DNA of 64,000 nt from an uncultured Candidatus Saccharibacteria bacterium (GTDB lineage: Bacteria; Patescibacteriota; Minisyncoccia; Phycocordibacterales; UBA9973). Position 1 is the stretch's first letter; every line of letters starts with the position of its first letter. Below the pieces are notes generated by a model. The model saw nothing but the letters and a program-made list of their open reading frames with translations, was not told where the DNA came from and ran no database searches. The translations under genes and the position numbers were made by a program. Of this stretch, positions 28,459-38,566 are shown one piece after another. The stretch is from the NCBI GenBank assembly GCA_964553015.1, contig CAZKJE010000002.1, forward strand, positions 14,175 through 78,174, in the 5' to 3' direction.

Positions 28459-29229
28459 ATGGCAATGAAAAAGCTCGTAATAGGCAACTGGAAAATGAAT
28501 CCGCTCACCTTAAAAGAAGCGGAAAAACTTTTTAGTGATATCGCTTTTGGAGTATCGCGCACTAAACATACTGATGTCGTAGTATGTCCTCCAGTTTTAT
28601 ATCTTGAAAAATTAACCAAAATCAGAACGAGTAAAATAAAACTCGGCGCGCAGGACAGTTTTTGGGGAGATACTGGCGCTTTTACCGGCGAAGTTTCCTC
28701 GGAAATGCTGTATGAAATTGGAGCACGGTATGTGATATTAGGGCATTCAGAAAGGCGGGCCTTGGGTGAAAGCAATGTTGATGTAAATAAAAAATTAAAA
28801 GGCGCTCTGGCATCAGGTCTTCGCCCCGTGTTGTGCGTAGGTGAAACCGTTCGGGACGAGAATCACGGCTATTTCAGCTTGGTAAAAACACAGCTGGAAG
28901 AATGCCTTGCCGGCATTTCAAAAAACTCAATTTCTAAAATTGTTATTGCCTATGAGCCAGTGTGGGCGATATCCAGCACCGTAAATCGCAAAGATGCCAC
29001 CGCCGATGATTCCAGAGAAATGAGTATTTTTATTAAAAAAATTCTGTCAGACAAATTCGGGAAAGGAGCCTCGGCTGTGAAAATAATATACGGCGGATCT
29101 GCCAATGAAAAAGATGCGGAAGATTTTCTCTCAAACGGAGGAGTGGACGGACTTCTTGCGGGTCGGGCCAGCTTGAGTGCCAAAAAATTCACGGAAATTG
29201 TAAAAATATGCGAAACATTAAGTCGTTAA
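28459..29229 (+). CDS. tpiA: triose-phosphate isomerase
   Basis: Start refined to MAMKKLVIGNWKMN. Motifs AYEPVWAI and GGS. Confidence 0.85.
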   Translation: MAMKKLVIGNWKMNPLTLKEAEKLFSDIAFGVSRTKHTDVVVCPPVLYLEKLTKIRTSKIKLGAQDSFWGDTGAFTGEVSSEMLYEIGARYVILGHSERRALGESNVDVNKKLKGALASGLRPVLCVGETVRDENHGYFSLVKTQLEECLAGISKNSISKIVIAYEPVWAISSTVNRKDATADDSREMSIFIKKILSDKFGKGASAVKIIYGGSANEKDAEDFLSNGGVDGLLAGRASLSAKKFTEIVKICETLSR

Positions 29230-30350
29230 AGTCTGCAAAAAATTTAAAAGGAAAAACAATACTCCTGCGGGTAGATTTTAATGTGCCGGTTAAGGATGGC
29301 AGAGTTCAGGATGACTTCAGAATCGCTAGAGCGCTCCCCACCATAAAATTTTTGCAGAAAAAAGGAGCGAAAATAATTTTAATCACCCACTTGGGCAGAG
29401 GCGGGGATACGCTTCTGCCCGTTCATAAAGTTTTAAATAAATATCTAAAAACAAAATTTATTCCCAAAATTCTTGGGCCGGAAGTTTCGGCTGCAATTTC
29501 AGGCATGAAAAATGGAGATGTGATTTTACTTGAAAATTTACGCAATAACACAGGCGAAAAAGAGTGCAGTAAAATTTTCGCTCTTGAGTTGTCAGAACTA
29601 GCTGAAATGTATGTGAATGAAGCTTTTCCCGTTTCCCACAGAGGAGACGCTTCAATTGTTCTATTGCCCAAAATATTACCTGCGTATGCAGGACTCCAGC
29701 TTGAAGAAGAAGTAAAAAATCTGTCTCACGCCTTGAAAAAGCCCAAGCATCCGTTTTTGTTTATCTTGGGCGGCGCAAAATTTTCAACTAAAATGCCGTT
29801 AATCAAAAAATACCTAAAACTTGCTGACCATGTTTTTATCGGCGGAGCTTTGGCAAATGACTTTTTGAAAGCTAAAGGCTATGAAATAGGGCAGTCTCTG
29901 GTAAGCGACACAAGTTTTGAAATTGCAGAAATTTTAAAAAGTAAACTTGCCCGCCATGGCGGAAAATTAATAATACCCTCCGATTTTTTGGTAAAATCCG
30001 GCGACAAGCTGATTAATAAAAAAGCTGATCAGGTAAAAAGCGATGAAATTATTTTAGATATTGGAAAAGAAACGATAGAAAATCTTGCCCCCCTGATTAA
30101 AAAGTCAAAACTTATTTTATGGAACGGACCACTGGGCAAATATGAAGATGGCGGCGCACAAGGCACAAAAGAAATACTAAAAATCACTGCAGCATCAAAA
30201 GCTGAGACAATCATAGGCGGAGGAGACACGGTCGCTTTAATTTCTGAAATGAAATTAGAAAAAAAGTTTTCCTTTGTTTCTACAGGGGGAGGCGCTACGC
30301 TGGATTTTCTTGCAAACGGAACCTTGCCGGGAATCAAAGCGCTTCTATAA
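29208..30350 (+). CDS. pgk: phosphoglycerate kinase
   Basis: RVDFNVP N-terminal motif. 380 aa. Overlaps the tpiA 3' end by 22 nt. Confidence 0.9.
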   Translation: MRNIKSLKSAKNLKGKTILLRVDFNVPVKDGRVQDDFRIARALPTIKFLQKKGAKIILITHLGRGGDTLLPVHKVLNKYLKTKFIPKILGPEVSAAISGMKNGDVILLENLRNNTGEKECSKIFALELSELAEMYVNEAFPVSHRGDASIVLLPKILPAYAGLQLEEEVKNLSHALKKPKHPFLFILGGAKFSTKMPLIKKYLKLADHVFIGGALANDFLKAKGYEIGQSLVSDTSFEIAEILKSKLARHGGKLIIPSDFLVKSGDKLINKKADQVKSDEIILDIGKETIENLAPLIKKSKLILWNGPLGKYEDGGAQGTKEILKITAASKAETIIGGGDTVALISEMKLEKKFSFVSTGGGATLDFLANGTLPGIKALL

Positions 30351-30693
30351 TCTTCTGTGCGTTTCCTGCTAAATCTTTTTCGTCGCCGACGGTTTCCGGC
30401 CAGACCCAGATATGCGCATGATGTATTTCTTCGCCGTATACTTGCGAGCGGACTATGTCCGCATTAAAAGCTTTCTTTTGCGCGAGCGCAATTTTTCTGG
30501 CAACTTCGAAATATTCTCCTATGTTTGGCACTTCCCATACCCAGCGGAAATGTTTCTTTGGAATGATCTGCACGTGCCCCGGAGCTATAGGCCGTATATC
30601 TAGAAAGGCTAAAAAATTGCTGTCTTCATATATCTTTGTAGCAGGTATCTCACCTTTTACAATTTTGCAGAAAATACAATTTTGTTCATTCAT
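30334..30693 (-). CDS. HIT-family (histidine triad) nucleotide hydrolase
   Basis: HIT motif HHAHIWV. 119 aa. Confidence 0.8.
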   Translation of the reverse strand: MNEQNCIFCKIVKGEIPATKIYEDSNFLAFLDIRPIAPGHVQIIPKKHFRWVWEVPNIGEYFEVARKIALAQKKAFNADIVRSQVYGEEIHHAHIWVWPETVGDEKDLAGNAQKIIEAL

Positions 30694-30729
30694 AAGAATA
30701 TTATATCAAATTATGCTAGAATTTCACCT

Positions 30730-32388
30730 ATGCATCAGTATGGCGAGCTGCTAAGGAGTCTTTTAGAGAAAAGGGGAATTTCTGATCTGGAAAAAGCGGA
30801 TATTTTCCTGAACCCCAGCTATGAACGCGATTTGCATGACCCTTTTTTAATGCGCGACATGGAGCGTGCCTGTGTTCGACTGCTTGAAGCCATTGAAAAA
30901 AAAGAGAAAATAGTGATATATGCAGACTACGACTGCGATGGCATACCGGGGGCTGTAATATTAAACGACCTGTTTAAATTACTGAATTATAAAAACTATG
31001 AAGTATATATACCACAGAGAAATTCTGAAGGCTATGGACTAAACATCGAAGCCATAGATAAGTTTAGAGATTCTGGCATCAAACTTATAATAACTATAGA
31101 CTTGGGGATCACGGCAGTAGAAGAAGTTGCTAAAGCAAAAACTTACGGCATTGATACGATAATAACCGATCACCATATTCCTCATGCGGTTCTGCCGGAG
31201 GCGTTTGCAATTCTAAATCCAAAAGTAGATGATTATCCGGAAAAAATGCTCTGTGGGGCGGGGGTAGCTTTTAAGTTTGCGCAGGGAATGATAAAGATGG
31301 CAAATGGTGATTTTGCCTTTAAAATAAAGCCCGGCGCCGAAAAATGGATGCTAGATATGGCAGGGCTCGCCACTCTTTCCGATATGGTGCCGTTAACGGG
31401 GGAGAACAGAGCTATTGCATATTTCGGAATGAAAGTTATGAAAAAATCTCCGCGCCCGGGTCTGCAAAAACTGCTTGCAAAAATGAATATTGATCAGCGA
31501 TATTTGTCTGAAGACGATATCGGTTTTATGGTTACCCCGAGATTAAACGCGGCCTCGCGCATGGATGATCCGATGCGGGCGTACGAACTTCTTTCCACTG
31601 ATGATGAGGTAGAAGCCGGAAGACTTGCTAGCCATCTGTCAAAAATAAACGACGACAGAAAAAGTTTGGTAAAAGGAATCATGCGGGAAGTTAATAAACA
31701 CTTTGAGGAGAGAAAGGAGACGGATGTGATAGTGATCGGGAATCCGGGGTGGCGCGTGGGCATACTCGGGCTTGTGGCCGGTAAAATATGCGACGAATAC
31801 GAAAAACCGGTTTTCGTGTGGGGGAAAGATGAAAATGACTGCATAAAAGGCTCCTGCCGAAGCGATGGATCGGTATCTGTGGTGGAGCTTATGACCGAAG
31901 CCAAAGATTCGTTCGTAGATTTTGGAGGACACGAGCTTGCCGGAGGATTTACAGTACGGAATGAAAAGATCCATTTTCTGGAAGAAGCATTGTCTGTATC
32001 TTTTCAAAAAGTAAAAAGGGCAGTAGCGGAAAATAAAGCTCTGCATGATGTTAAAACGGAATTAGGCGCGGTCAATATAAAAAACTGGAGAGATATAGAA
32101 AAAATGTCGCCCTTCGGACTCGCTAATCATAAGCCGGTTTTTCTATTTGAGAAAGCAAAAATTGAAAAAATAAAAAAATTCGGCAAAAATGGTTCCGGTG
32201 AGCATTTGGAAATAGTTTTTTCAGACGAAAGCAGCAAAAAAGCCACAGCCGTTTCTTTCTTTTCTGGGATTGATTCATTTGGCAAGCTATTGGAGGAAGC
32301 AAAAAATGTAAATGTTCTGGCGACTTTTGATCTGTCTAGGTTTAGAGGCAGAGAGGAGCTTCGTTTGAGAATTGTTGATATAATATAG
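30730..32388 (+). CDS. recJ: single-stranded-DNA-specific exonuclease RecJ
   Basis: DHH motifs (DYDCDGI, ITDHH) and DHHA1 domain. Start refined to MHQYGELL. Confidence 0.8.
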   Translation: MHQYGELLRSLLEKRGISDLEKADIFLNPSYERDLHDPFLMRDMERACVRLLEAIEKKEKIVIYADYDCDGIPGAVILNDLFKLLNYKNYEVYIPQRNSEGYGLNIEAIDKFRDSGIKLIITIDLGITAVEEVAKAKTYGIDTIITDHHIPHAVLPEAFAILNPKVDDYPEKMLCGAGVAFKFAQGMIKMANGDFAFKIKPGAEKWMLDMAGLATLSDMVPLTGENRAIAYFGMKVMKKSPRPGLQKLLAKMNIDQRYLSEDDIGFMVTPRLNAASRMDDPMRAYELLSTDDEVEAGRLASHLSKINDDRKSLVKGIMREVNKHFEERKETDVIVIGNPGWRVGILGLVAGKICDEYEKPVFVWGKDENDCIKGSCRSDGSVSVVELMTEAKDSFVDFGGHELAGGFTVRNEKIHFLEEALSVSFQKVKRAVAENKALHDVKTELGAVNIKNWRDIEKMSPFGLANHKPVFLFEKAKIEKIKKFGKNGSGEHLEIVFSDESSKKATAVSFFSGIDSFGKLLEEAKNVNVLATFDLSRFRGREELRLRIVDII

Positions 32389-32390
32389 AA

Positions 32391-32882
32391 GTGACAGAGA
32401 AAACTATTAAAATTTATACTGACGGTTCAGCCAGAGGAAATCCGGGAAAAGCAGGCTGGGGAGCTGTTTTTCTTTTAGGCGATAAAGTTTTTGAAATGGG
32501 CGGGCGGTCCGATCACGCGACAAATAATCAGATGGAGCTCACTGCGCCAATAGAAGCGCTTAAATATTTAAAAAAATCCCCTAGGCAAGGTCTAGGGGAA
32601 AAAATTACACAGGGGAGTTCTGTGCAAATCGTGTCTGACTCAAAGTATGTTATTTTAGGTATTACCGAGTGGATCTTAAACTGGCAGAAAAATAATTGGC
32701 GAAATGCCGCAAAAAAGCCTGTTATGAATCGAGAACTTTGGGAAGAGCTGTACAAGCTTACGGAAGAATTAAAAACAACATGGGAATATGTAAAAGGCCA
32801 CAACGGCGACAAATATAATGACCGAGCAGATGAAATAGCGACAAGCTTTGCAGACAATGAGCCAGTGGAGTTGAAAAAATAA
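32391..32882 (+). CDS. rnhA: ribonuclease HI
   Basis: YTDGS...GWG and NQMEL motifs plus a C-terminal D. GTG start. Confidence 0.8.
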   Translation: MTEKTIKIYTDGSARGNPGKAGWGAVFLLGDKVFEMGGRSDHATNNQMELTAPIEALKYLKKSPRQGLGEKITQGSSVQIVSDSKYVILGITEWILNWQKNNWRNAAKKPVMNRELWEELYKLTEELKTTWEYVKGHNGDKYNDRADEIATSFADNEPVELKK

Positions 32883-32890
32883 ATATTTCA

Positions 32891-34456
32891 ATGCAAGATA
32901 AAATTTTTCATACGGTTTGTTTTGGATTTTTATTCGGAGTGCTGTTGCGCTCCTTCTTTTTTATAAGTATATATTTTTCGCTATTAGCCGGAATTATAAC
33001 GCTCGCTTTAATTTTATTTTTTACTCTTATATCCTTCGGCCATAGCCCTACCCTCGGGCGTAGTCCTACGGGCGAGCCGGGTGAGGCAAAAAGCAAATGG
33101 GGAGTTCTGATATCTGTTTTTATTTTTGCCTTTAGTTTTGGAGTTTTTAGATTTGGTCTTGCAGATGTGCCAAATCCTGTCGCCTTTGAATCTCAAGTAG
33201 GCGAAAAAATAACTCTCTCTGGGGAAATTGTAGATGAGTCCAGTATTAGAGAAAATAATCAGCAATTGATTATCGAAACAGAAAAAGAAGCGAGTATAGA
33301 TAGTAAGACAGGAATTTTATTATCAGTAAGTTTGAGTGAGAGTTATAAATACGGTGATAAGATAAATTTTACAGGAACTCTGAAAAAACCGGAAAATTTT
33401 ATCACGGATACCGGCAAAGAGTTTGATTATATAAATTATCTGCGCAAGGACGGCATTTTATACGTCATGAGTTATCCCAAAGTTGAAATTATTTCGCGCG
33501 GCAATGGTAATTTAATAAAAAAATATTTATTTCTCATAAAAGAAAAATTTCTAAATAAAGTGAATTTAGTTATAGCAAGTCCGGAAAATTTATTAATGGG
33601 TGGATTGATCTTGGGGGAGAAATCATCTTTTAGCAAAGATCTCCGGCAGGATTTCGTAGACACCGGCACGATACACATCGTCGCTCTGTCTGGCTACAAT
33701 ATCACCATAGTCGCTGAATGGTTTATGAAACTTTTCGCTCAACTGCCATACCTGTCTAAAAATTTTGGCATAGGCATGGGTGTTTTTGCTATTATATTAT
33801 TTATTTTGATGACGGGCGGAAGTTCGACGGCAGTCCGCGCCGGCATTATGGCAACTCTCGCTCTCGTGGCTAGGGCGACGGGAAGAAATTATGATGTGGC
33901 GCGGGCATTAATTCTTGCCGGAGTCGGCATGATACTTATTAATCCATTTATTTTAGCCTTTGATGTTTCTTTCGAACTTTCTTTTATCGCAACCGTTGCC
34001 GTGATATTCCTAGCGCCAAGAATAGAAAAATATTTTCTATGGGTCACCGAAAGTTTTGGCCTGCGGGACATAGTGTCTGTAACTTGTGCTGCATACATTT
34101 TTGTCTTCCCTTTTATTCTATACAAAATGGGCAATTTATCTCTCGTAGCTCTGCCGGCAAACATTTTAATACTTCCCTTTATTCCGTTTACTATGATGCT
34201 TGGATTTCTGACTGGTATCGCCGGTCTTGTTTTGCCGATATTGTCCCTGCCCATTGGCTATATATCTTATCTTTTTTTACATTATGAGCTATGGGTTATT
34301 AAATTTTTTGCAAATTTGCCGTTTGCGTCATTTTCTTTTCCGAATTTCCCGCTTTTCCTCACTTTGCTAATTTATGCCTATTTTGTCTACTATCTTTTCG
34401 GCAGAAATATAAAAGATTTTTTTAATATGGATAAAGACGAAATAGAAATATTGTAA
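32891..34456 (+). CDS. comEC: ComEC/Rec2 competence channel protein (DUF4131 plus competence domain)
   Basis: Polytopic membrane protein with a competence domain (HIVALSGYNITIV). Encoded separately from the MBL domain. Confidence 0.75.
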   Translation: MQDKIFHTVCFGFLFGVLLRSFFFISIYFSLLAGIITLALILFFTLISFGHSPTLGRSPTGEPGEAKSKWGVLISVFIFAFSFGVFRFGLADVPNPVAFESQVGEKITLSGEIVDESSIRENNQQLIIETEKEASIDSKTGILLSVSLSESYKYGDKINFTGTLKKPENFITDTGKEFDYINYLRKDGILYVMSYPKVEIISRGNGNLIKKYLFLIKEKFLNKVNLVIASPENLLMGGLILGEKSSFSKDLRQDFVDTGTIHIVALSGYNITIVAEWFMKLFAQLPYLSKNFGIGMGVFAIILFILMTGGSSTAVRAGIMATLALVARATGRNYDVARALILAGVGMILINPFILAFDVSFELSFIATVAVIFLAPRIEKYFLWVTESFGLRDIVSVTCAAYIFVFPFILYKMGNLSLVALPANILILPFIPFTMMLGFLTGIAGLVLPILSLPIGYISYLFLHYELWVIKFFANLPFASFSFPNFPLFLTLLIYAYFVYYLFGRNIKDFFNMDKDEIEIL

Positions 34457-34457
34457 T

Positions 34458-35327
34458 ATGCCAAAAAATTCTAAAAACTACAACTTGCTGATCCTGACTA
34501 TTTTCCTCGTAGTAATAAATATTTTTCTCGCACATGCTGACTGGCAGAATTCGCACAGGGTTCTGACTTTTGCTATGCTTGATGTGGGGCAGGGGGATGC
34601 GCTTTTTATAGAATCACCAACGGGTACGCAAATTCTTTTTGACGCCGGATCTGTGCGGAAAATTTTAGGACCGCTTAAGCGCCTGATGTCTCCCATTGAT
34701 AAAACAATAGATGCTATCGTGATAACAAATCCAGATGCGGATCATATCGGCGGATTTTCTGATATTATAAAAAATTATAAAGTAGGGGCTGTCTTGGAGC
34801 CGGGGACGCTGAACGATTCAAAAACTTTTCAAAATTTAAAAGAAGAAATAGACAGGCAAAAAATTCCGAATATATTAGCAATGCGAGGCATGAGAATTGA
34901 TATGAGCGGGGGAGTAATGATAGAAATTTTATTTCCGGATCGCGAAGTGAGAGAATGGAGCACAAACGACGGCTCAATAGTCGCGCGCCTTACTTACGGC
35001 AATACTTCTATTATGCTTACCGGAGACTCTACTACAAAAACAGAAGAAATAATTCTAAAGAAAAATAATATTTCAGAGCTTAAAAGCGCGGTATTAAAAG
35101 TGGGGCATCATGGCTCGCGCACCTCTACTTCATCTTCATTTGCCGAAGCGGTTTTGCCCGCGTATGCTCTTATATCAGACGGCGTAGACAATAAATATGG
35201 TCATCCGCATAAGGAAACTCTGGACACATTAACGAAGGTTGGCGCAAAAATCTTGCGCACTGATTTGCTTGGCACGATAATCATGAAATCAGATGGTAAA
35301 AATGAGACCTTTTCATTCCACAAGTAA
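34458..35327 (+). CDS. ComEC C-terminal metallo-beta-lactamase domain protein (separate ORF)
   Basis: N-terminal TM helix. MBL motifs MLDVGQGDA ... HHGSR ... H. Starts 2 nt after the comEC stop. Confidence 0.75.
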   Translation: MPKNSKNYNLLILTIFLVVINIFLAHADWQNSHRVLTFAMLDVGQGDALFIESPTGTQILFDAGSVRKILGPLKRLMSPIDKTIDAIVITNPDADHIGGFSDIIKNYKVGAVLEPGTLNDSKTFQNLKEEIDRQKIPNILAMRGMRIDMSGGVMIEILFPDREVREWSTNDGSIVARLTYGNTSIMLTGDSTTKTEEIILKKNNISELKSAVLKVGHHGSRTSTSSSFAEAVLPAYALISDGVDNKYGHPHKETLDTLTKVGAKILRTDLLGTIIMKSDGKNETFSFHK

Positions 35328-35346
35328 CTTGTGATAGTATATAAAG

Positions 35347-36591
35347 ATGAAAGATAAAAAAATAGAAATGCTAATTAAAGGGGAGGAAAAAAGGCAACGG
35401 GAAGGGCTGGAGTTGATACCTTCAGAAAACTATGTTTCAGAAGACGTGCTTAAGGCGAATGGGTCAGTTTTTACAAACAAATATTCAGAAGGCTATCCGG
35501 GCAGGCGGTATTATGGTGGGCAGGATTTTACCGATCAGGTGGAAAGGCTAGCTATAGAAAGGATTTGCAAGCTTTTTAAATGTAAATTTGCGAATGTGCA
35601 GCCTCATTCCGGCGCGCCGGCAAACTTGGCAGTATACGCTGCGCTTCTGGAACCGGGCGATACCGTCCTAGGCATGGATCTCTCTCACGGCGGACACCTG
35701 ACCCACGGCCACCCGATGACTCTGCCGGCAAAGATATATAAATTCGTCACCTATAAAATGAAAAATCCGGATACCGGAGAAATTGATTACGAAGATATGC
35801 GAAAAGTGGCGCTTGCGACCAAACCGAAATTAATTATCGCCGGATTTTCTGCATATCCAAGAACTCTGGACTACAAAAAATTCGTGGATATTGCGCATGA
35901 AGTAGGGGCGATAACCATGGCCGACATGGCGCACATCGCCGGACTCATTGCTGCAGGCGTACTTCGTAATCCTTTTGATGATGGTTTTGATATTATTACT
36001 TCCACGACACACAAAACTCTCCGTGGTCCGCGCGGAGGAATAATTCTTACCCGCGAGAGCGAAGAAATAGCAAAGAAAATAGATAAATCAATTTTCCCCG
36101 GTATTCAGGGCGGCCCGCACATGCACACAATCGCGGCCAAAGCTGTCGCCTTTGGAGAAGCTATGACTCCAAAATATAAAACATATGCCAAGCAGATTCT
36201 GAAAAATGCGAAAGCCATGGCAGAAATTTTCAAGAAAAATAAAGTTCGCATGATCGGCGGCGGCACGGATAATCACCTAATTTTGGCAGATGTGTTTGGC
36301 TCGCTCGGAGTAACCGGCAAAGAAGCGCAGACTGTGCTGGACGAAGTAGGCATTACTTTGAACATGAATTCCATTGCGGGGGATACCAGAAAACCGCTTG
36401 ATCCTTCCGGTATCAGGTTTGGAACTCCGGCTATAACAACCAGAGGATTTAAAGAAAAAGAATGCAAAAAAGTTGCAGAAATGATGATCACAGTGCTAAA
36501 AAATAAAGACGATAAAAAGATAAAAGAATCAATCCACCAAGAAATCAAAAAACTTGCCAAAAAGTTTCCGATCCCAAAGAAGTTTGTATAA
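35347..36591 (+). CDS. glyA: serine hydroxymethyltransferase
   Basis: PLP site TSTTHKTLRGPRGG. 414 aa. Confidence 0.9.
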   Translation: MKDKKIEMLIKGEEKRQREGLELIPSENYVSEDVLKANGSVFTNKYSEGYPGRRYYGGQDFTDQVERLAIERICKLFKCKFANVQPHSGAPANLAVYAALLEPGDTVLGMDLSHGGHLTHGHPMTLPAKIYKFVTYKMKNPDTGEIDYEDMRKVALATKPKLIIAGFSAYPRTLDYKKFVDIAHEVGAITMADMAHIAGLIAAGVLRNPFDDGFDIITSTTHKTLRGPRGGIILTRESEEIAKKIDKSIFPGIQGGPHMHTIAAKAVAFGEAMTPKYKTYAKQILKNAKAMAEIFKKNKVRMIGGGTDNHLILADVFGSLGVTGKEAQTVLDEVGITLNMNSIAGDTRKPLDPSGIRFGTPAITTRGFKEKECKKVAEMMITVLKNKDDKKIKESIHQEIKKLAKKFPIPKKFV

Positions 36592-36595
36592 AATT

Positions 36596-37003
36596 ATGGA
36601 ATTACAAGTCGGAGTGAAAATTTTATTGAAGAATAAAGACGGCAAGTATCTCACAGTTTGTCGTAGTGCAGAGAAATACCCCGATGCTGGCCGGCAATGG
36701 GAAATTCCCGGCGGACGCATAAATCCGGGCGTATCTTTAATGGAAAATTTAAGGAGGGAAGTACTTGAAGAAACTGGACTTGAAATTACAGATGAACCAA
36801 AGTTGGTAGCTGCGCAAGATATCCCAAGACCACAGAGAAACAGACACATTGTTCGCTTGACCTATTTAGGCTTTGCAAACGGGGAAGTGAAATTGAGCGA
36901 CGAGCATACAGAGTACAAATGGCTGAGCCTAGAAGAAATTTCTAAACTGGATCCAATAGATTTATATTTCAAAGAAGTTTTAGCACATTTTGATCTAGAT
37001 TAA
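36596..37003 (+). CDS. NUDIX hydrolase
   Basis: Nudix box GGRINPGVSLMENLRREVLEETGL. Start refined to MELQVGV. Confidence 0.75.
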   Translation: MELQVGVKILLKNKDGKYLTVCRSAEKYPDAGRQWEIPGGRINPGVSLMENLRREVLEETGLEITDEPKLVAAQDIPRPQRNRHIVRLTYLGFANGEVKLSDEHTEYKWLSLEEISKLDPIDLYFKEVLAHFDLD

Positions 37004-37006
37004 TTT

Positions 37007-37564
37007 ATGATTGAAGTTGAAAAACAATTTCAGCCAACAGAAGAACAACTTAGGGTTCTAATTGAAAATGCGAAGTTTGTGAATGAAGTTATAAATCATG
37101 ATGTTTATTATGACTATCCAGATTACAGGCTTTTTAAAAAAGATATAAGATTGCGCATTAGAAATGGAACTTTCGAATTAAAGATTGGAAAATCTTCAGG
37201 GGTAAGTCAAGAATTAGAAATAAAAGAGGAAATAGCGAAATATTTTAACGTTAATTCTCTGGAAGAATTTATAAAAAATAACCTTATTGTAATAATAGAT
37301 TTTAATAATAAAAGAAAAAAGTACAAAAAAGAAAATTTTAATATTGATATAGATGAAACAAGTTTTGGATATAAACTTTGCGAAATTGAGCTTATGGTTG
37401 AGACAGAAGATAAAGTAAAAGAGGCCGAAGGTAGAATAATTGATTTAGCAAAAAAATATAATTTTGAGATTAAAAGAATACCATCTAAGCGCTCTGAATA
37501 TTTTCGTTTAGTTAAACCAGAAGTGTACAAGCAACTGTATGGAGAAAGAAACCTAGACTCGTAA
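37007..37564 (+). CDS. CYTH-domain (triphosphate tunnel metalloenzyme / class IV adenylyl-cyclase-like) protein
   Basis: N-terminal IEVEKQF matches the ExExK CYTH signature. 185 aa. Confidence 0.65.
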   Translation: MIEVEKQFQPTEEQLRVLIENAKFVNEVINHDVYYDYPDYRLFKKDIRLRIRNGTFELKIGKSSGVSQELEIKEEIAKYFNVNSLEEFIKNNLIVIIDFNNKRKKYKKENFNIDIDETSFGYKLCEIELMVETEDKVKEAEGRIIDLAKKYNFEIKRIPSKRSEYFRLVKPEVYKQLYGERNLDS

Positions 37565-37565
37565 C

Positions 37566-37591
37566 AAAAAATCCCCGTTACTGGGATTTTA
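37566..37591. terminator. bidirectional hairpin terminator
   Basis: AAAATCCC-CGTTACT-GGGATTTT between convergent genes. Confidence 0.55.
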
Positions 37592-37608
37592 TTATGTATT
37601 CATAACTT

Positions 37609-37950
37609 TTAGAAACTAATGCCAGGAGTGGTGTTGGTAGTCCAAAAGAAAACTGGGAAAAATAGAAAGATAATTATTGACAGTACTAAAAGTAATATAT
37701 AAGTATTTCTTAAAATACCAGGATTGTCTTTTCTGTAAAGTTTCTTAACTGATAAAAAAGTTCCAATCATTCCAAATAATAGAGATGAAGGTAAACATAT
37801 GAATAATAGATAAGCTGCTTCATCTATATATTCCATACTTTTTGGGAGAAGAATTAAAGTAACAGAACCACCAAAAATAATAATTTCTAAAATAAATAAA
37901 AGAGTTAATGACGAAATACTATCTTTTGTTTGAGGTGGTGTTGATTCCAT
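37609..37950 (-). CDS. small polytopic membrane protein, hypothetical
   Basis: 113 aa, 3 predicted TM helices. Confidence 0.5.
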   Translation of the reverse strand: MESTPPQTKDSISSLTLLFILEIIIFGGSVTLILLPKSMEYIDEAAYLLFICLPSSLLFGMIGTFLSVKKLYRKDNPGILRNTYILLLVLSIIIFLFFPVFFWTTNTTPGISF

Positions 37951-37978
37951 TAATTTATTTGCAATTCATTACGATTTT

Positions 37979-38323
37979 TTATCTTACAGTTTCCAGAATT
38001 CTTTTGAAAGTTGCGGGATGATGTTCTGCAAAGTCGGCCATAATCTTTCTATCAAGCATTATATTTTTCTTTTTGAGGGCATCAATAAGTTTGGAATAAG
38101 TCATGCCGAGCTCTCTACTTCCAGCATTTATTTTTATATTCCAAAGCTTTCTGTTGTGAGATTTTTTATCCTTTCTATGCGCGAAAGAGTAATTTCCTGC
38201 GTGCAGAAGCGCATCTTTTGCCTGGCGCTCTTTCTTGCTTCTGCCGTGGCGCATTCCCTTTGTCTGCTTCAATACGCTTCTCCTTCTCTTTAACGCATGT
38301 ACCCCCTTTTTTACTCTGGTCAT
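37979..38323 (-). CDS. rplT: 50S ribosomal protein L20
   Basis: MTRVKKGVHALKRRR ... typical L20. Confidence 0.9.
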   Translation of the reverse strand: MTRVKKGVHALKRRRSVLKQTKGMRHGRSKKERQAKDALLHAGNYSFAHRKDKKSHNRKLWNIKINAGSRELGMTYSKLIDALKKKNIMLDRKIMADFAEHHPATFKRILETVR

Positions 38324-38365
38324 AAAATCAATTACGAATTATAGATTATTAATTACAAATTTAAA

Positions 38366-38560
38366 TTAACTGAAAGGCAGCAAGTAACTCTTTGGCTTGT
38401 TTTTGATCACGAAGTTTACTCCCTTTCGCCCTGCAAGCTGTGAATTTCGCGACTGTTTTGCATTAAAATGGTTAAAGCCAGCCTTGCGAGAAAGAACCTT
38501 GCCGTTTTTGGTAAGCTTTAATCTTTTGCTGTATGACTTGTTTGTCTTCATTCCTTTCAT
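38366..38560 (-). CDS. rpmI: 50S ribosomal protein L35
   Basis: MKTNKSYSKRLKLTKNGKV ... typical L35. Confidence 0.9.
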   Translation of the reverse strand: MKGMKTNKSYSKRLKLTKNGKVLSRKAGFNHFNAKQSRNSQLAGRKGVNFVIKNKPKSYLLPFS

Positions 38561-38566
38561 AAAATT

